In this document: positions 46,928-55,273 of the stretch, one piece after another | How positions within the stretch are numbered: position 1 is the first letter of the stretch | How the letters are laid out: each line of letters begins with the position of its first letter | From: Eubacteriales bacterium | GTDB taxonomy: Bacteria; Bacillota; Clostridia; Oscillospirales; CAG-272 | Length of the DNA: 64,000 nt | Direction of reading: 5' to 3' | NCBI GenBank assembly: GCA_045534215.1 | Contig: JAZSJG010000008.1 | Coordinates: forward strand, 874 to 64,873 | The notes under the pieces: model-generated | Databases searched by the model: none | Seen by the model: the letters and a program-made list of their open reading frames with translations, nothing else | Told to the model about the DNA's origin: nothing | Translations under genes and position numbers: made by a program

Positions 46928-49653
46928 TGGCTAAATTTAAAAAGGGAAAGTACAGTACAAAAACCGAGTACACGCTATCTTATTATGGGATGAGAGGTGT
47001 TGATTTTTCAAAAGACGCAAGTGCATCCAACACAACCCGATACCGCTTTATGAATTTGGAAAACATGTATAAGGATTATGAGGGCGGAGGCGAAGGAATA
47101 ATCGAAAGCGTTCCCGGCTTCAGAAAAATCCTCTCCCTTGGTAAGAGGATAAACTCTATATTCACAAACAAGGACAACTTGCAAAATTCCCATGTAACAG
47201 TGCACGCAGGTGACTCTCTTTACCGATTTAATATATCGCAAAGAGATGCCCTGTCAACTATTTCTCCAATTGCGACACTTGAGGATACTAAAAGCTGTGC
47301 GTATACACATCAGGGCGAGCTTTATATTCTCGACGGAAAAAAGCTTCTTTGCATAAATGAAGTAGGGGAGTGTCACGAAATACGCGAAAACACAGAGCAC
47401 GAGCCCTACATTCCAACAACATATTATAATGGCAAGGAGTATGAGCAACGAAATCTTCTGACAAATAAAACGTATGAAAAATGGCTTCTTTCCGCTCCGG
47501 AAAGCTATTCTTACGGAACGAAGGGTCTTGAATTCAAGATTACGTCCTTTGATAATAAGTATTGCACACTTTACAAAATGGACTCAAGCTACGGTCTTGA
47601 TGTATTCGTGCCTTCTTATGTCGAAATTGCAGGAGAAAGATACAGAGTAATAGAAATATCTGACAATGCCTTTGCAAACTGCTCTGTTATGACCACCATT
47701 TACATACCGTCAACTGTATTGCGAATAGGCAGCCGAGCTTTTTGCAACTGCGCATCTCTTACAAAAGTTATATTGGGCGCATCGGTTGAAGAGATTGGCA
47801 ACTCTGCTTTTTCAAACTGCAGAGGGCTTAAAGCCTTATATTTAGGCGCTAAACTAAAGAAAATAGGAAAGAATACATTTGACAGGTGCGATGCGCTTGA
47901 AAAGGTGTATTATACTGCCGACGAAATTTCCTTAAAGGAAATAGACGGCTTGACTCTAAGCGAAACCGTTTCTGTAGAATACGGAAGCATCTATTCGACA
48001 TTTACACTTGAGCTGCCTCTTGTATGCCCGACAAAAGAGATATCTTCCGTAAAGGTCGGTGGGGAGGGGTATCCGTTTTTTATTGGAAAACGCACCGACG
48101 GGCTTATCACTCACATATGCCTTGAGGCAGAGTCTGCAATAATCTTTCAGGACAAGGAAATTTCAATATTGAATGTTCTGTCCCCACAAACCTATGCAAA
48201 AAATTCAAGTGGAACTAATTTTATGATTTCGGGAGAAAGCAACGGCTTAAGCGCAGAAGAGGCAATACTCGGTTGCCGAATATGCGAATGCTTTGACGGA
48301 AGAGTTTTTCTTTCCGGAAATCCAAGATTGCCAAACACCGTTTTCTATTCTTCCCGTGATATTTCAGGAAAAAACAATCCAACCTTTTTCGGAGTAATGA
48401 ATTATTTTAATGACGGCATGGGCTCTCATCCGGTAAGGGCGTTACTTGCAACGGCCGATGCCTTGGTTGTTTTTAAGTCCGGTGACGACGGGGGAGGAAG
48501 CATTTACTACCACACTCCAAGCGATACAGGTATCGATATTATACCCAAAATATATCCCGTTTCATACATACACAACGGACTCTGTGCGCTCGGGACGGCC
48601 ACCTCTTTTTTTGATGACCCCGTGTTCATTTCCCCTCTGGGACTTTGTGCTATTGACAAGAAATCAATCAATCTTGAAAGGAGCATAACCTGTCGCTCTC
48701 ACAACGTCAATCCTCGACTTTTGAGTGAGGACCTTGCGAATATTTCCCTAGCTGAATGGTGCGGATATCTTGTACTTCAAGCGGGGGGACATATATACCT
48801 TGCAGACTCCCGTCAGACATTTATTAACGACACAGGGACCGTCGAATATGAATGGTACTATCTTTCGGGAATCGGCACTTACAGCGAGGCACAGACAGTT
48901 TACCGTTATTCAATAACCACTCTTCCAATCTTCGACAACCATCCTAACACAGATAGTGTAGCGGAAGCAAAGGTATACAGTGCCCGTCTTTCCAACGGTG
49001 AATTTGTTTATTATACTATGGAAAACGGCAAAAAATATGTTGTAGAGCCAACGGAAGAAAAAAGAGGGGGGATTTTCAGTCCCGCTTCCGCTGTTTGTGA
49101 CGTTGACTCACATCTTTTGTTTTTCGGTACGGAATCCGGAGATGTTTGCCTATTCAACAACGACAAGCGCGGCATCGCACCCGATTACCTTTCCGAAAGC
49201 GAGGAATTTGATGCTGCTGAGTTTTCTGAAAGCTACGGCAGAGATATACACCCATACTTCTATTCGTTTGACGATCACGCACCTCTATATGCACTTCAAA
49301 CAATAAACGACAACGGCAATTTCCCACATCTTTCCAAGAACACGGTAAAACGCTCGCTTGTCTTGAAAATTAAATGCTTTGGCAAAAAGGGATTCAATGC
49401 AGAAGTCATAACCGACAACTCAAGGTACAACGAAATTTGCAAGATTCCCGACTACAAGCTTGATTTTTCAGATTTGGATTTTTCCGCATTTTGCTTTGAA
49501 AATTCACCTTACAGAACAATAGAACTTAATGAAAAGGAAAAGGGCTGGGTGGAGAAAAACTTCGCCTTGTATTCAAATGAATATTGTTCCCCATTCGGTC
49601 TTTGCTCTTTGACATACCGATTTACTCTAAAGGGAAGAATCAAGACAAAGTAG
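46927..49653 (+). CDS. Large virion-type protein (908 aa) with an embedded BspA-type leucine-rich-repeat block
   Basis: The ATG at 46927 overlaps the upstream stop (TAATG). LRR_5-like repeats: ISDNAFANCSVMTTIYIPSTVLRIGSRAFCNCASLTKVILGASVEEIGNSAFSNCRGLKALYLGAKLKKIGKNTFDRCDALEKVYY. Confidence 0.7.
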   Translation: MAKFKKGKYSTKTEYTLSYYGMRGVDFSKDASASNTTRYRFMNLENMYKDYEGGGEGIIESVPGFRKILSLGKRINSIFTNKDNLQNSHVTVHAGDSLYRFNISQRDALSTISPIATLEDTKSCAYTHQGELYILDGKKLLCINEVGECHEIRENTEHEPYIPTTYYNGKEYEQRNLLTNKTYEKWLLSAPESYSYGTKGLEFKITSFDNKYCTLYKMDSSYGLDVFVPSYVEIAGERYRVIEISDNAFANCSVMTTIYIPSTVLRIGSRAFCNCASLTKVILGASVEEIGNSAFSNCRGLKALYLGAKLKKIGKNTFDRCDALEKVYYTADEISLKEIDGLTLSETVSVEYGSIYSTFTLELPLVCPTKEISSVKVGGEGYPFFIGKRTDGLITHICLEAESAIIFQDKEISILNVLSPQTYAKNSSGTNFMISGESNGLSAEEAILGCRICECFDGRVFLSGNPRLPNTVFYSSRDISGKNNPTFFGVMNYFNDGMGSHPVRALLATADALVVFKSGDDGGGSIYYHTPSDTGIDIIPKIYPVSYIHNGLCALGTATSFFDDPVFISPLGLCAIDKKSINLERSITCRSHNVNPRLLSEDLANISLAEWCGYLVLQAGGHIYLADSRQTFINDTGTVEYEWYYLSGIGTYSEAQTVYRYSITTLPIFDNHPNTDSVAEAKVYSARLSNGEFVYYTMENGKKYVVEPTEEKRGGIFSPASAVCDVDSHLLFFGTESGDVCLFNNDKRGIAPDYLSESEEFDAAEFSESYGRDIHPYFYSFDDHAPLYALQTINDNGNFPHLSKNTVKRSLVLKIKCFGKKGFNAEVITDNSRYNEICKIPDYKLDFSDLDFSAFCFENSPYRTIELNEKEKGWVEKNFALYSNEYCSPFGLCSLTYRFTLKGRIKTK

Positions 49654-49690
49654 ATAATACACATAAATACTAAAAAAGAAAGGAAAAAAC

Positions 49691-49999
49691 ATGTATACAC
49701 CCATAATAGAAGAATCAGAAATTAAAGACCTTCTGGTATCCTCTTTACCGACAAGACCCACAGCACCAAGTGCATTTGGCGGCAAGGGATTTTCGGTTGC
49801 AGAGATGAAGGAAGCATTTGACAAGCTCCCCTTGTTTATTGTTGAAAAATTCAATACACTGATAAACGACGCACAGGACGGTAACCTTGCCACCTACCTC
49901 TATATTGACGAGAACACGCTGTATGACACGATATCTGCTATAAAAGAACAGCTCGCTGTGATAATGGAATATCTGGGAATCACCGAGGAGGAGGCATAA
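49691..49999 (+). CDS. Phage-island hypothetical protein (102 aa)
   Basis: AAAGGA RBS; the stop abuts the next ATG. Confidence 0.55.
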   Translation: MYTPIIEESEIKDLLVSSLPTRPTAPSAFGGKGFSVAEMKEAFDKLPLFIVEKFNTLINDAQDGNLATYLYIDENTLYDTISAIKEQLAVIMEYLGITEEEA

Positions 50000-50395
50000 A
50001 TGACAACTATTATTTACGGAAAACGCAATGGAATATATGAATGTGTTAAAATTTCAAATGGCTCTGAAGAGAAAACCCGTATCATATTTGAAGAACCGCT
50101 GGATGCAAAGCTTGTCATAGGAAAATATCTTTTCTCGGTTAATGCAGGAATTTGCGATGCTGATATTTCATCTTTACCCGACGGCGAGTATTCGCCAATT
50201 CTTTTCCTCGGTGAAAGGCCTTTTCGTCTTGAGGAATTAAGAGTTTTTTGCGGCAAGGTCTCGCGTCGACTCGTTGACGACGAATATATAAGGCGCTTGA
50301 GCCATGTTTGTGACGAGCTTTCAAGTCGGGTAGATGCCCTTGAAAAAACAACTACCGTTATATCAGAAAAATTCAATGAAACAATACAACTTTGA
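50000..50395 (+). CDS. Phage-island hypothetical protein (131 aa)
   Basis: The ATG immediately follows the upstream TAA. Confidence 0.55.
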   Translation: MTTIIYGKRNGIYECVKISNGSEEKTRIIFEEPLDAKLVIGKYLFSVNAGICDADISSLPDGEYSPILFLGERPFRLEELRVFCGKVSRRLVDDEYIRRLSHVCDELSSRVDALEKTTTVISEKFNETIQL

Positions 50396-50412
50396 TATCG
50401 AAAGGAAATAAA

Positions 50413-51051
50413 ATGAAAAAGTTTATAATTCTTACACTTATTGCTACAGTTCTTTTTTCTCTTTTCGCGTTTTCCTCTCATGCTGAAGCCAAAACAGAGG
50501 AATTCGTTACCGAAAACACGACACAGGGTGAGACAAATGCGAAAGTCGAGGACGAAGAAAATACACCGGATGCATCTTCCGAAAACATCTTTGAGGTTGC
50601 ATATAATGAGCTTCTAAAGCACTCAGACAAGCTATTTTCCGCACTCGCCTTTGTTGGCTCTATAATTCTTGCTTTTGCTTATAACAAGGGGCTTATGCCT
50701 CTTTTAAAGGCGGCACTTGAAAAGCTTGGTGCTACCGTCAGCAATCTTAAAGAAGCCGCGGAAAAAACAGCAGTGTCCTCGAGCGGTGCAATAGAGGAGC
50801 TTTCAACCGGTTTTTGCAAAATTGATGAGCTCATTCGCACTCTTTCGGAAAGAATATGCGAGCTTGAAAAGAAGCTCGATGCCGAACAAAACGCCACAAA
50901 GTCCGAGCAGTTAAGGACTATAATGTCAACTCAGGTTGATTTGCTTTACGACGTATTTATATCGAGCTCTCTTCCGCACTATCAAAAGGAAGCCGTCGGA
51001 GCAAAAATACAGGAAATGAGAAAAACGCTCGGTGTGGAGGATGAAAAATGA
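50413..51051 (+). CDS. Membrane-associated coiled-coil protein with N-terminal signal peptide (212 aa)
   Basis: AAAGGA RBS. MKKFIILTLIATVLFSLFAFSSHAEA signal. A second hydrophobic helix, LFSALAFVGSIILAFAY, then coiled coil. Confidence 0.6.
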   Translation: MKKFIILTLIATVLFSLFAFSSHAEAKTEEFVTENTTQGETNAKVEDEENTPDASSENIFEVAYNELLKHSDKLFSALAFVGSIILAFAYNKGLMPLLKAALEKLGATVSNLKEAAEKTAVSSSGAIEELSTGFCKIDELIRTLSERICELEKKLDAEQNATKSEQLRTIMSTQVDLLYDVFISSSLPHYQKEAVGAKIQEMRKTLGVEDEK

Positions 51052-51416
51052 CTGACAGAGCGAAAGGTTTAATTGTGCGAGCTGTCGCAATTTTATTCTG
51101 CACGATTCCGGTCACTCTTACCATTCTTTTATACTTTCCTTTATGGAGAGAAGAAGGAAGTGCACAAACGCTATCGGGCTTCACACTTATTCTTTTGCTT
51201 ATGGCAGCTCTGCCTCTTTTCAAGTACATAAAAAAGCTCCTGCACTCACCGTCAGTACACCTTTTGTGGTTTATTGCATTCGTTATGTTTTTATTACTCT
51301 CAAAAATTGCCGAACAAATGACAGTGATTTGTTTTATCGGTTTTATCAGCAATTTTATCGGTGCGATACTTTTCAAGCTGTCACGTAAGATTGAGAAAAG
51401 GCAGGAAAAAGACTAA
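51048..51416 (+). CDS. Small integral membrane protein (122 aa, about 4 TM), holin-like size
   Basis: ATGA overlap with the upstream gene. Hydrophobic segments AVAILFCTIPVTLTILLYF, FTLILLLMAALPLF, LLWFIAFVMFLLL and VICFIGFISNFIGAILF. Charged C-terminus. Confidence 0.55.
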   Translation: MTDRAKGLIVRAVAILFCTIPVTLTILLYFPLWREEGSAQTLSGFTLILLLMAALPLFKYIKKLLHSPSVHLLWFIAFVMFLLLSKIAEQMTVICFIGFISNFIGAILFKLSRKIEKRQEKD

Positions 51417-52264
51417 TGAAGGAGAGGTTCGACGTTTCCCTGCTTGAATCGGGAAATCTGATTAAAAACAATATAAAAACCATTTTAAGTCACACGGGTA
51501 AGGTTGTTGCCGCAATAACATTCAGTATTTGTTCCTTAGCACTTTTCACTAATATAAGCTTTGCCGAGTTCAGTGTGGAAAGCTTCAGCTGTACCGCGGC
51601 GATAATGCTCATTGCCTCATACCTACTGTATTTTTCCATGGAAGATGCCGGTGAAAGACTCGGGGAAGAAAGCGAAGAGTGGAAGCACGCTATAAGTGAA
51701 TATGAAGAGCTTGTCAGACAGGTAAAGGGTGACAAAATCGCAAATCTACGGGATTTTTGTAATAAATACGCTAAGGATGAGCTTCTCTTCAGGCAAAGCA
51801 ATCTGCTCATGTATTACGGGTACTCAGAAAGCGACTACGAGGCGTATAAAAAAGGGAGTGCCACGGACAAAAAAGCTCTTCGGGCTTTCAAGCGGGCAGA
51901 CCGCATAAAGAGCGTTCGCTTAACCCCAAGAGTCTTGCTTTCGCAAAAAAGGAATGCGAACAGAAGCGAAATATACAATCCGGAAAACTCGAAGCTTTTG
52001 CATATGATGTTGCGGCTTATACCGACGAGCATTTGTATGATTTTGACTGTATCAATTATGCTCAGTGCAAAAACAAACCTCGATGCCGCTGCCGTAATAG
52101 ACGCGCTTTTGAAGCTGTCGAGTCTTGCAATAGTAGGGATAAGAGGATATGGCGCAGGATATTCGTACGTTAAGGACAGCTTGACTGTATGGATTGAAAC
52201 AAAAAGTCGAATGCTCGATTCATTTCTAAAAAGTGATGACTTTTGCACAAATATTAAGCAATAA
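51416..52264 (+). CDS. Integral membrane protein (282 aa; 2 N-terminal and about 2 C-terminal TM helices around a soluble core)
   Basis: TAATG overlap with the upstream gene. Hydrophobic segments VVAAITFSICSLALF, CTAAIMLIASYLLYF, LIPTSICMILTVSIML. Confidence 0.55.
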   Translation: MKERFDVSLLESGNLIKNNIKTILSHTGKVVAAITFSICSLALFTNISFAEFSVESFSCTAAIMLIASYLLYFSMEDAGERLGEESEEWKHAISEYEELVRQVKGDKIANLRDFCNKYAKDELLFRQSNLLMYYGYSESDYEAYKKGSATDKKALRAFKRADRIKSVRLTPRVLLSQKRNANRSEIYNPENSKLLHMMLRLIPTSICMILTVSIMLSAKTNLDAAAVIDALLKLSSLAIVGIRGYGAGYSYVKDSLTVWIETKSRMLDSFLKSDDFCTNIKQ

Positions 52265-52293
52265 TTGACTTTGACATGCTTTTATGATAAAAT
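52265..52293 (+). promoter_or_regulatory. Candidate promoter of the helicase gene
   Basis: TTGACT (52265-52270), 17-nt spacer, TAAAAT (52288-52293). Confidence 0.5.
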
Positions 52294-52322
52294 ATTAGTG
52301 TAATATTTAAGAGGAGCGACGT

Positions 52323-54719
52323 ATGAGATACAATTGTGAAAACAATTTAATAACAATACCCTTGCATGAATTTGTCACCTCTGCAAGACGCGGTATATAC
52401 GCCGTTCCGACACATGATGAGGACGAGCCCTCCCCGTGTAAAATTTCCGACGCGTACATAAAGAAATTTTGCGAGCAAATTCAGACACATTCCCTTACCT
52501 TGCCATTTGAATATGATTCGCACTCATTTGTAATAGAGTGCAAGGTGTGGGAAGACAGCGAGGGCGCACTGTGCTTTTTTACGGAGCTGGATGCAACAAA
52601 GGAAAGAGCCGAAGAAAAAGCGCAGCGCAGAGGTGAAAGTTACATCGCTGCCCTCGCTTATTTAAACCAAAAATGCGACACATCCGTCGCTATAAATTAT
52701 TTTTTCATTAACAAGCTCACCGGTGAGTATAAAAAAGAAACAGAAATAGCAGAGAAGAAAAAGCTCCTTAAATTTTTCGTAAAATGTCAAAGCTCGGTTG
52801 CGCTTTACGCAGGACCGGAAATTAACCGTGTGACTGTAAGATTGCCAAGTCTTTCAAAAATGAAATTCCCGTACCAGAGCGTGCGTGAAGGTCAAGATGA
52901 CTTTGTAAGAGGTACATACAGAGCCATATCTCGCGCGAGCGTTTTGTTTGCTACAGCCCCAACCGGAACAGGCAAAACTATATCCGCCCTCTTCCCTGCT
53001 TTAAAGGCGATTGGCGACGGCAGATGTGATAAGGTGTTTTACCTCACTCCGAAAGAAACCACCGGCCGAGCAGCAGTTGAATGTATACAGCTTTTAGCAG
53101 AAAAAGGCGCTCAAATACGAGCCATCCGACTAAGTGCAAAGGAAAAGCTTTGTAAAAACGGACTTGTTTGCAGAAAACGCAAAAATCTTTGTGAAAGCTC
53201 CAAGGAAAACAAAATTTCCTATGCGGTAATATCTCTTTACGAAAAGAATTTGTCGGTTGTAGAATACCAAGACCTTTCCAGTCATGCAGAAGAATATAAG
53301 GTATGCCCATACGAGCTCGCTCTTGCATATGCGGAGCTCTGCGATGCGATAATATGTGATTTTAATTATCTTTTTGATTATGATGCTTATATCCGCCGTT
53401 TCTTTTCAGAAAAGGGATCTTATGCATTTTTGATTGACGAGGCACACAACCTGCCGCAAAGGGCTAGGGAAATGTATTCAGCCGAGCTTTCTTTGGAAGA
53501 TTTAACACGCATTGCCACATCAGAGCTTCTCACTCCTCATTCATGTGCAAAAAATACAGCAGAGCGAGCTGTCGAATTGTTTGCATCCTCTCTTATGCCA
53601 TACGTGAAAGAGGATATAAGAGAAGACGAAAACGGTGACAAGGTCAGCGCAACTCACATAAATGAAATTCCCATTTCACTCTTTTCCGTAATAGAAGAGG
53701 TTGCGGAATCCCTAACGAACGAGATAACCCTGAACTTTTCGGCAAAAGACGAAAACAGGGATGCCCGTGCAGTTTTTTTGCGTTCCCATCTTCAAAAGAT
53801 AAAAAAGTATCTAAGAGTCATGGAGAGCTTTGATGTAGGTTATGAAATGTTTATCTTCTATAAAAACGGGGAAATTTCAACAAAGCTTTTCTGTATTGAT
53901 ACCGGAAAAGAAATTGCGAAGCGCATTTCCTTAGGAAAGGCCGCAGTATTCTTCTCTGCCACACTCACGCCCCTTTATTACTATCAATCACTACTCGGTG
54001 CTGAATCAAGTCGGAACACACTTCTTTTGCCATCCCCATTTTGCGAAGAGAATCTGTGCGTAAGAATAATGGATAAAATAGGCACACGATACTCACAAAG
54101 AGCAAAAACGCTCGATGCTGTTGTAAAAGTCATTGCAGCAACGGTAAGTGCTAAAAGAGGGAATTATATGATTTTCTCTCCCTCCTTCGAATATTCCGAA
54201 GCAATAGCGAACGCCTTCAGACAAAAATATCCCAAAATTAATGTGCTAGTTCAGAAAAGAGATTTCACTCAAAAACAGAAGAAAGCTTTTTTAGACGAAT
54301 TTACCAAGAAGAATTCCTCATATCTAATCGGCTTTTGCGTCATGGGCGGAAGTTACTCTGAGGGAATAGACCTCGCAGGTGAGGCGCTGATAGGCACTGT
54401 AATAATAGGAATAGGAATGCCACCCATCACCTACGAGAGAGAGGCAATGGCAAAATATTTTGACGAAAAATATGAAGAGGGCAAACTTTTTGCATATATA
54501 TATCCCGGTATAAACCGGGTGCTCCAAGCCGCCGGAAGAGTATTAAGACGCGAGGACGACCGAGGTGTCATAGTGCTTGTCGACGACCGCTTTGATGACC
54601 CGATATATAAAAAGCTTATACCATCCCTTTGGCATGGAATGAAATTTATAGATACACCGAAAGAATTAAATGCGGATATACTGCAATTCTGGTCGGAGGG
54701 TGAAAAAAACTCTAAATAG
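52323..54719 (+). CDS. XPD/DinG-family Fe-S helicase with an N-terminal PD-(D/E)XK-like nuclease module
   Basis: Walker A ATAPTGTGKT and DEAH box LIDEAHNL. Four-Cys cluster CKNGLVCRKRKNLC...CPYE between them. C-terminal YSEGIDL and QAAGRVLRR. The N-terminal ~190 aa carry YDSHSFVIECKV and QRRGESY (D...ExK...QxxxY pattern). Confidence 0.8.
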   Translation: MRYNCENNLITIPLHEFVTSARRGIYAVPTHDEDEPSPCKISDAYIKKFCEQIQTHSLTLPFEYDSHSFVIECKVWEDSEGALCFFTELDATKERAEEKAQRRGESYIAALAYLNQKCDTSVAINYFFINKLTGEYKKETEIAEKKKLLKFFVKCQSSVALYAGPEINRVTVRLPSLSKMKFPYQSVREGQDDFVRGTYRAISRASVLFATAPTGTGKTISALFPALKAIGDGRCDKVFYLTPKETTGRAAVECIQLLAEKGAQIRAIRLSAKEKLCKNGLVCRKRKNLCESSKENKISYAVISLYEKNLSVVEYQDLSSHAEEYKVCPYELALAYAELCDAIICDFNYLFDYDAYIRRFFSEKGSYAFLIDEAHNLPQRAREMYSAELSLEDLTRIATSELLTPHSCAKNTAERAVELFASSLMPYVKEDIREDENGDKVSATHINEIPISLFSVIEEVAESLTNEITLNFSAKDENRDARAVFLRSHLQKIKKYLRVMESFDVGYEMFIFYKNGEISTKLFCIDTGKEIAKRISLGKAAVFFSATLTPLYYYQSLLGAESSRNTLLLPSPFCEENLCVRIMDKIGTRYSQRAKTLDAVVKVIAATVSAKRGNYMIFSPSFEYSEAIANAFRQKYPKINVLVQKRDFTQKQKKAFLDEFTKKNSSYLIGFCVMGGSYSEGIDLAGEALIGTVIIGIGMPPITYEREAMAKYFDEKYEEGKLFAYIYPGINRVLQAAGRVLRREDDRGVIVLVDDRFDDPIYKKLIPSLWHGMKFIDTPKELNADILQFWSEGEKNSK

Positions 54720-54768
54720 AAAAAGAGAATCTCTTTGGGCATTAGCGCACTAAGAGATTCTCTTTTTC
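54720..54768 (+). terminator. Rho-independent terminator after the helicase
   Basis: aaagagaatctctt (54722-54735) pairs with aagagattctcttt (54752-54765), ending in a T-run. Confidence 0.75.
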
Positions 54769-54815
54769 AGGGTTTATTACGGTCGCTTTTCTTTGTTTTG
54801 TTATATTTTAAGGCG

Positions 54816-55205
54816 TTATTTAAGAAATGCTCCACTTTTTTTATCAAAAACATCAAGCCAAGAATACTCTTTGGAATTCCCCTCCCCTTTTATCTTAATT
54901 TTCCCTTGTACAAGGATTAATTCAGCTTTTTTTCTGTGCTTTGCTTTTTCACTTGTCATTTCTTTTTCGCAAGCAATACACTGCAGAGTTACCTTGATAG
55001 GTATGCGCGGTGGGGATGCAATATGTAAAAGCTCTTCTTCAATCAGTGATGAAATTTTTGACAATACCCCGGAATAAAATTCATTAAATGGTTTGTAAAC
55101 AGACTCAGCGCAAGCACTTGCCTTGGGAAGAGCCACATTCAATACTGCGGCAATTTTCCCATACTTTCGAAACGCGAGTGAATTTGAAAAAGAAGAAACA
55201 AACAA
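54816..55205 (-). CDS. Hypothetical ORF (129 aa); the start is doubtful and it may be a remnant
   Basis: An open frame only. Its TTG start lies inside the T-tract of the mtnN terminator and no convincing RBS was seen. Confidence 0.3.
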   Translation of the reverse strand: MFVSSFSNSLAFRKYGKIAAVLNVALPKASACAESVYKPFNEFYSGVLSKISSLIEEELLHIASPPRIPIKVTLQCIACEKEMTSEKAKHRKKAELILVQGKIKIKGEGNSKEYSWLDVFDKKSGAFLK

Positions 55206-55258
55206 AAAACAGTCCCCCTTTTAGTTTTACTAAATCATATTTTAAGGGACTGTTTTTA
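55204..55258. terminator. Bidirectional terminator downstream of mtnN
   Basis: aacagtccc (55208-55216) pairs with gggactgtt (55246-55254), extended by cctt/aagg, flanked by A6 and T5 runs. Confidence 0.6.
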
Positions 55259-55273
55259 ATTACAGAATTAATA

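Larger units (their letters stand above)
39712..52264 (+). mobile_element. Phage-derived island with structural and packaging genes only (15-16 co-oriented, translationally coupled genes)
   Basis: Order is terS, terL, portal, putative scaffold, putative capsid and large virion-type proteins. Genes have overlapping or near-abutting stops and starts (ATGA, TAATG, TTGA). No integrase, repressor, replication, tape-measure or lysin motif was recognised by eye. Confidence 0.6.

Noticed and set aside
39206-52330. Direct repeats flanking the island as att sites: GTAAATATTTA near 39270 versus GTAATATTTAA near 52300.
   Set aside because: The match is short, imperfect and AT-rich, so it is compatible with chance. 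No integrase or tRNA gives it meaning.
54816-55205. 129-aa minus-strand ORF between the helicase terminator and the mtnN terminator, considered as a real gene.
   Set aside because: It is kept only as a low-confidence feature. Its start codon lies inside the terminator T-tract, there is no RBS or promoter, and I recognise no motifs. It may be a remnant or non-coding.
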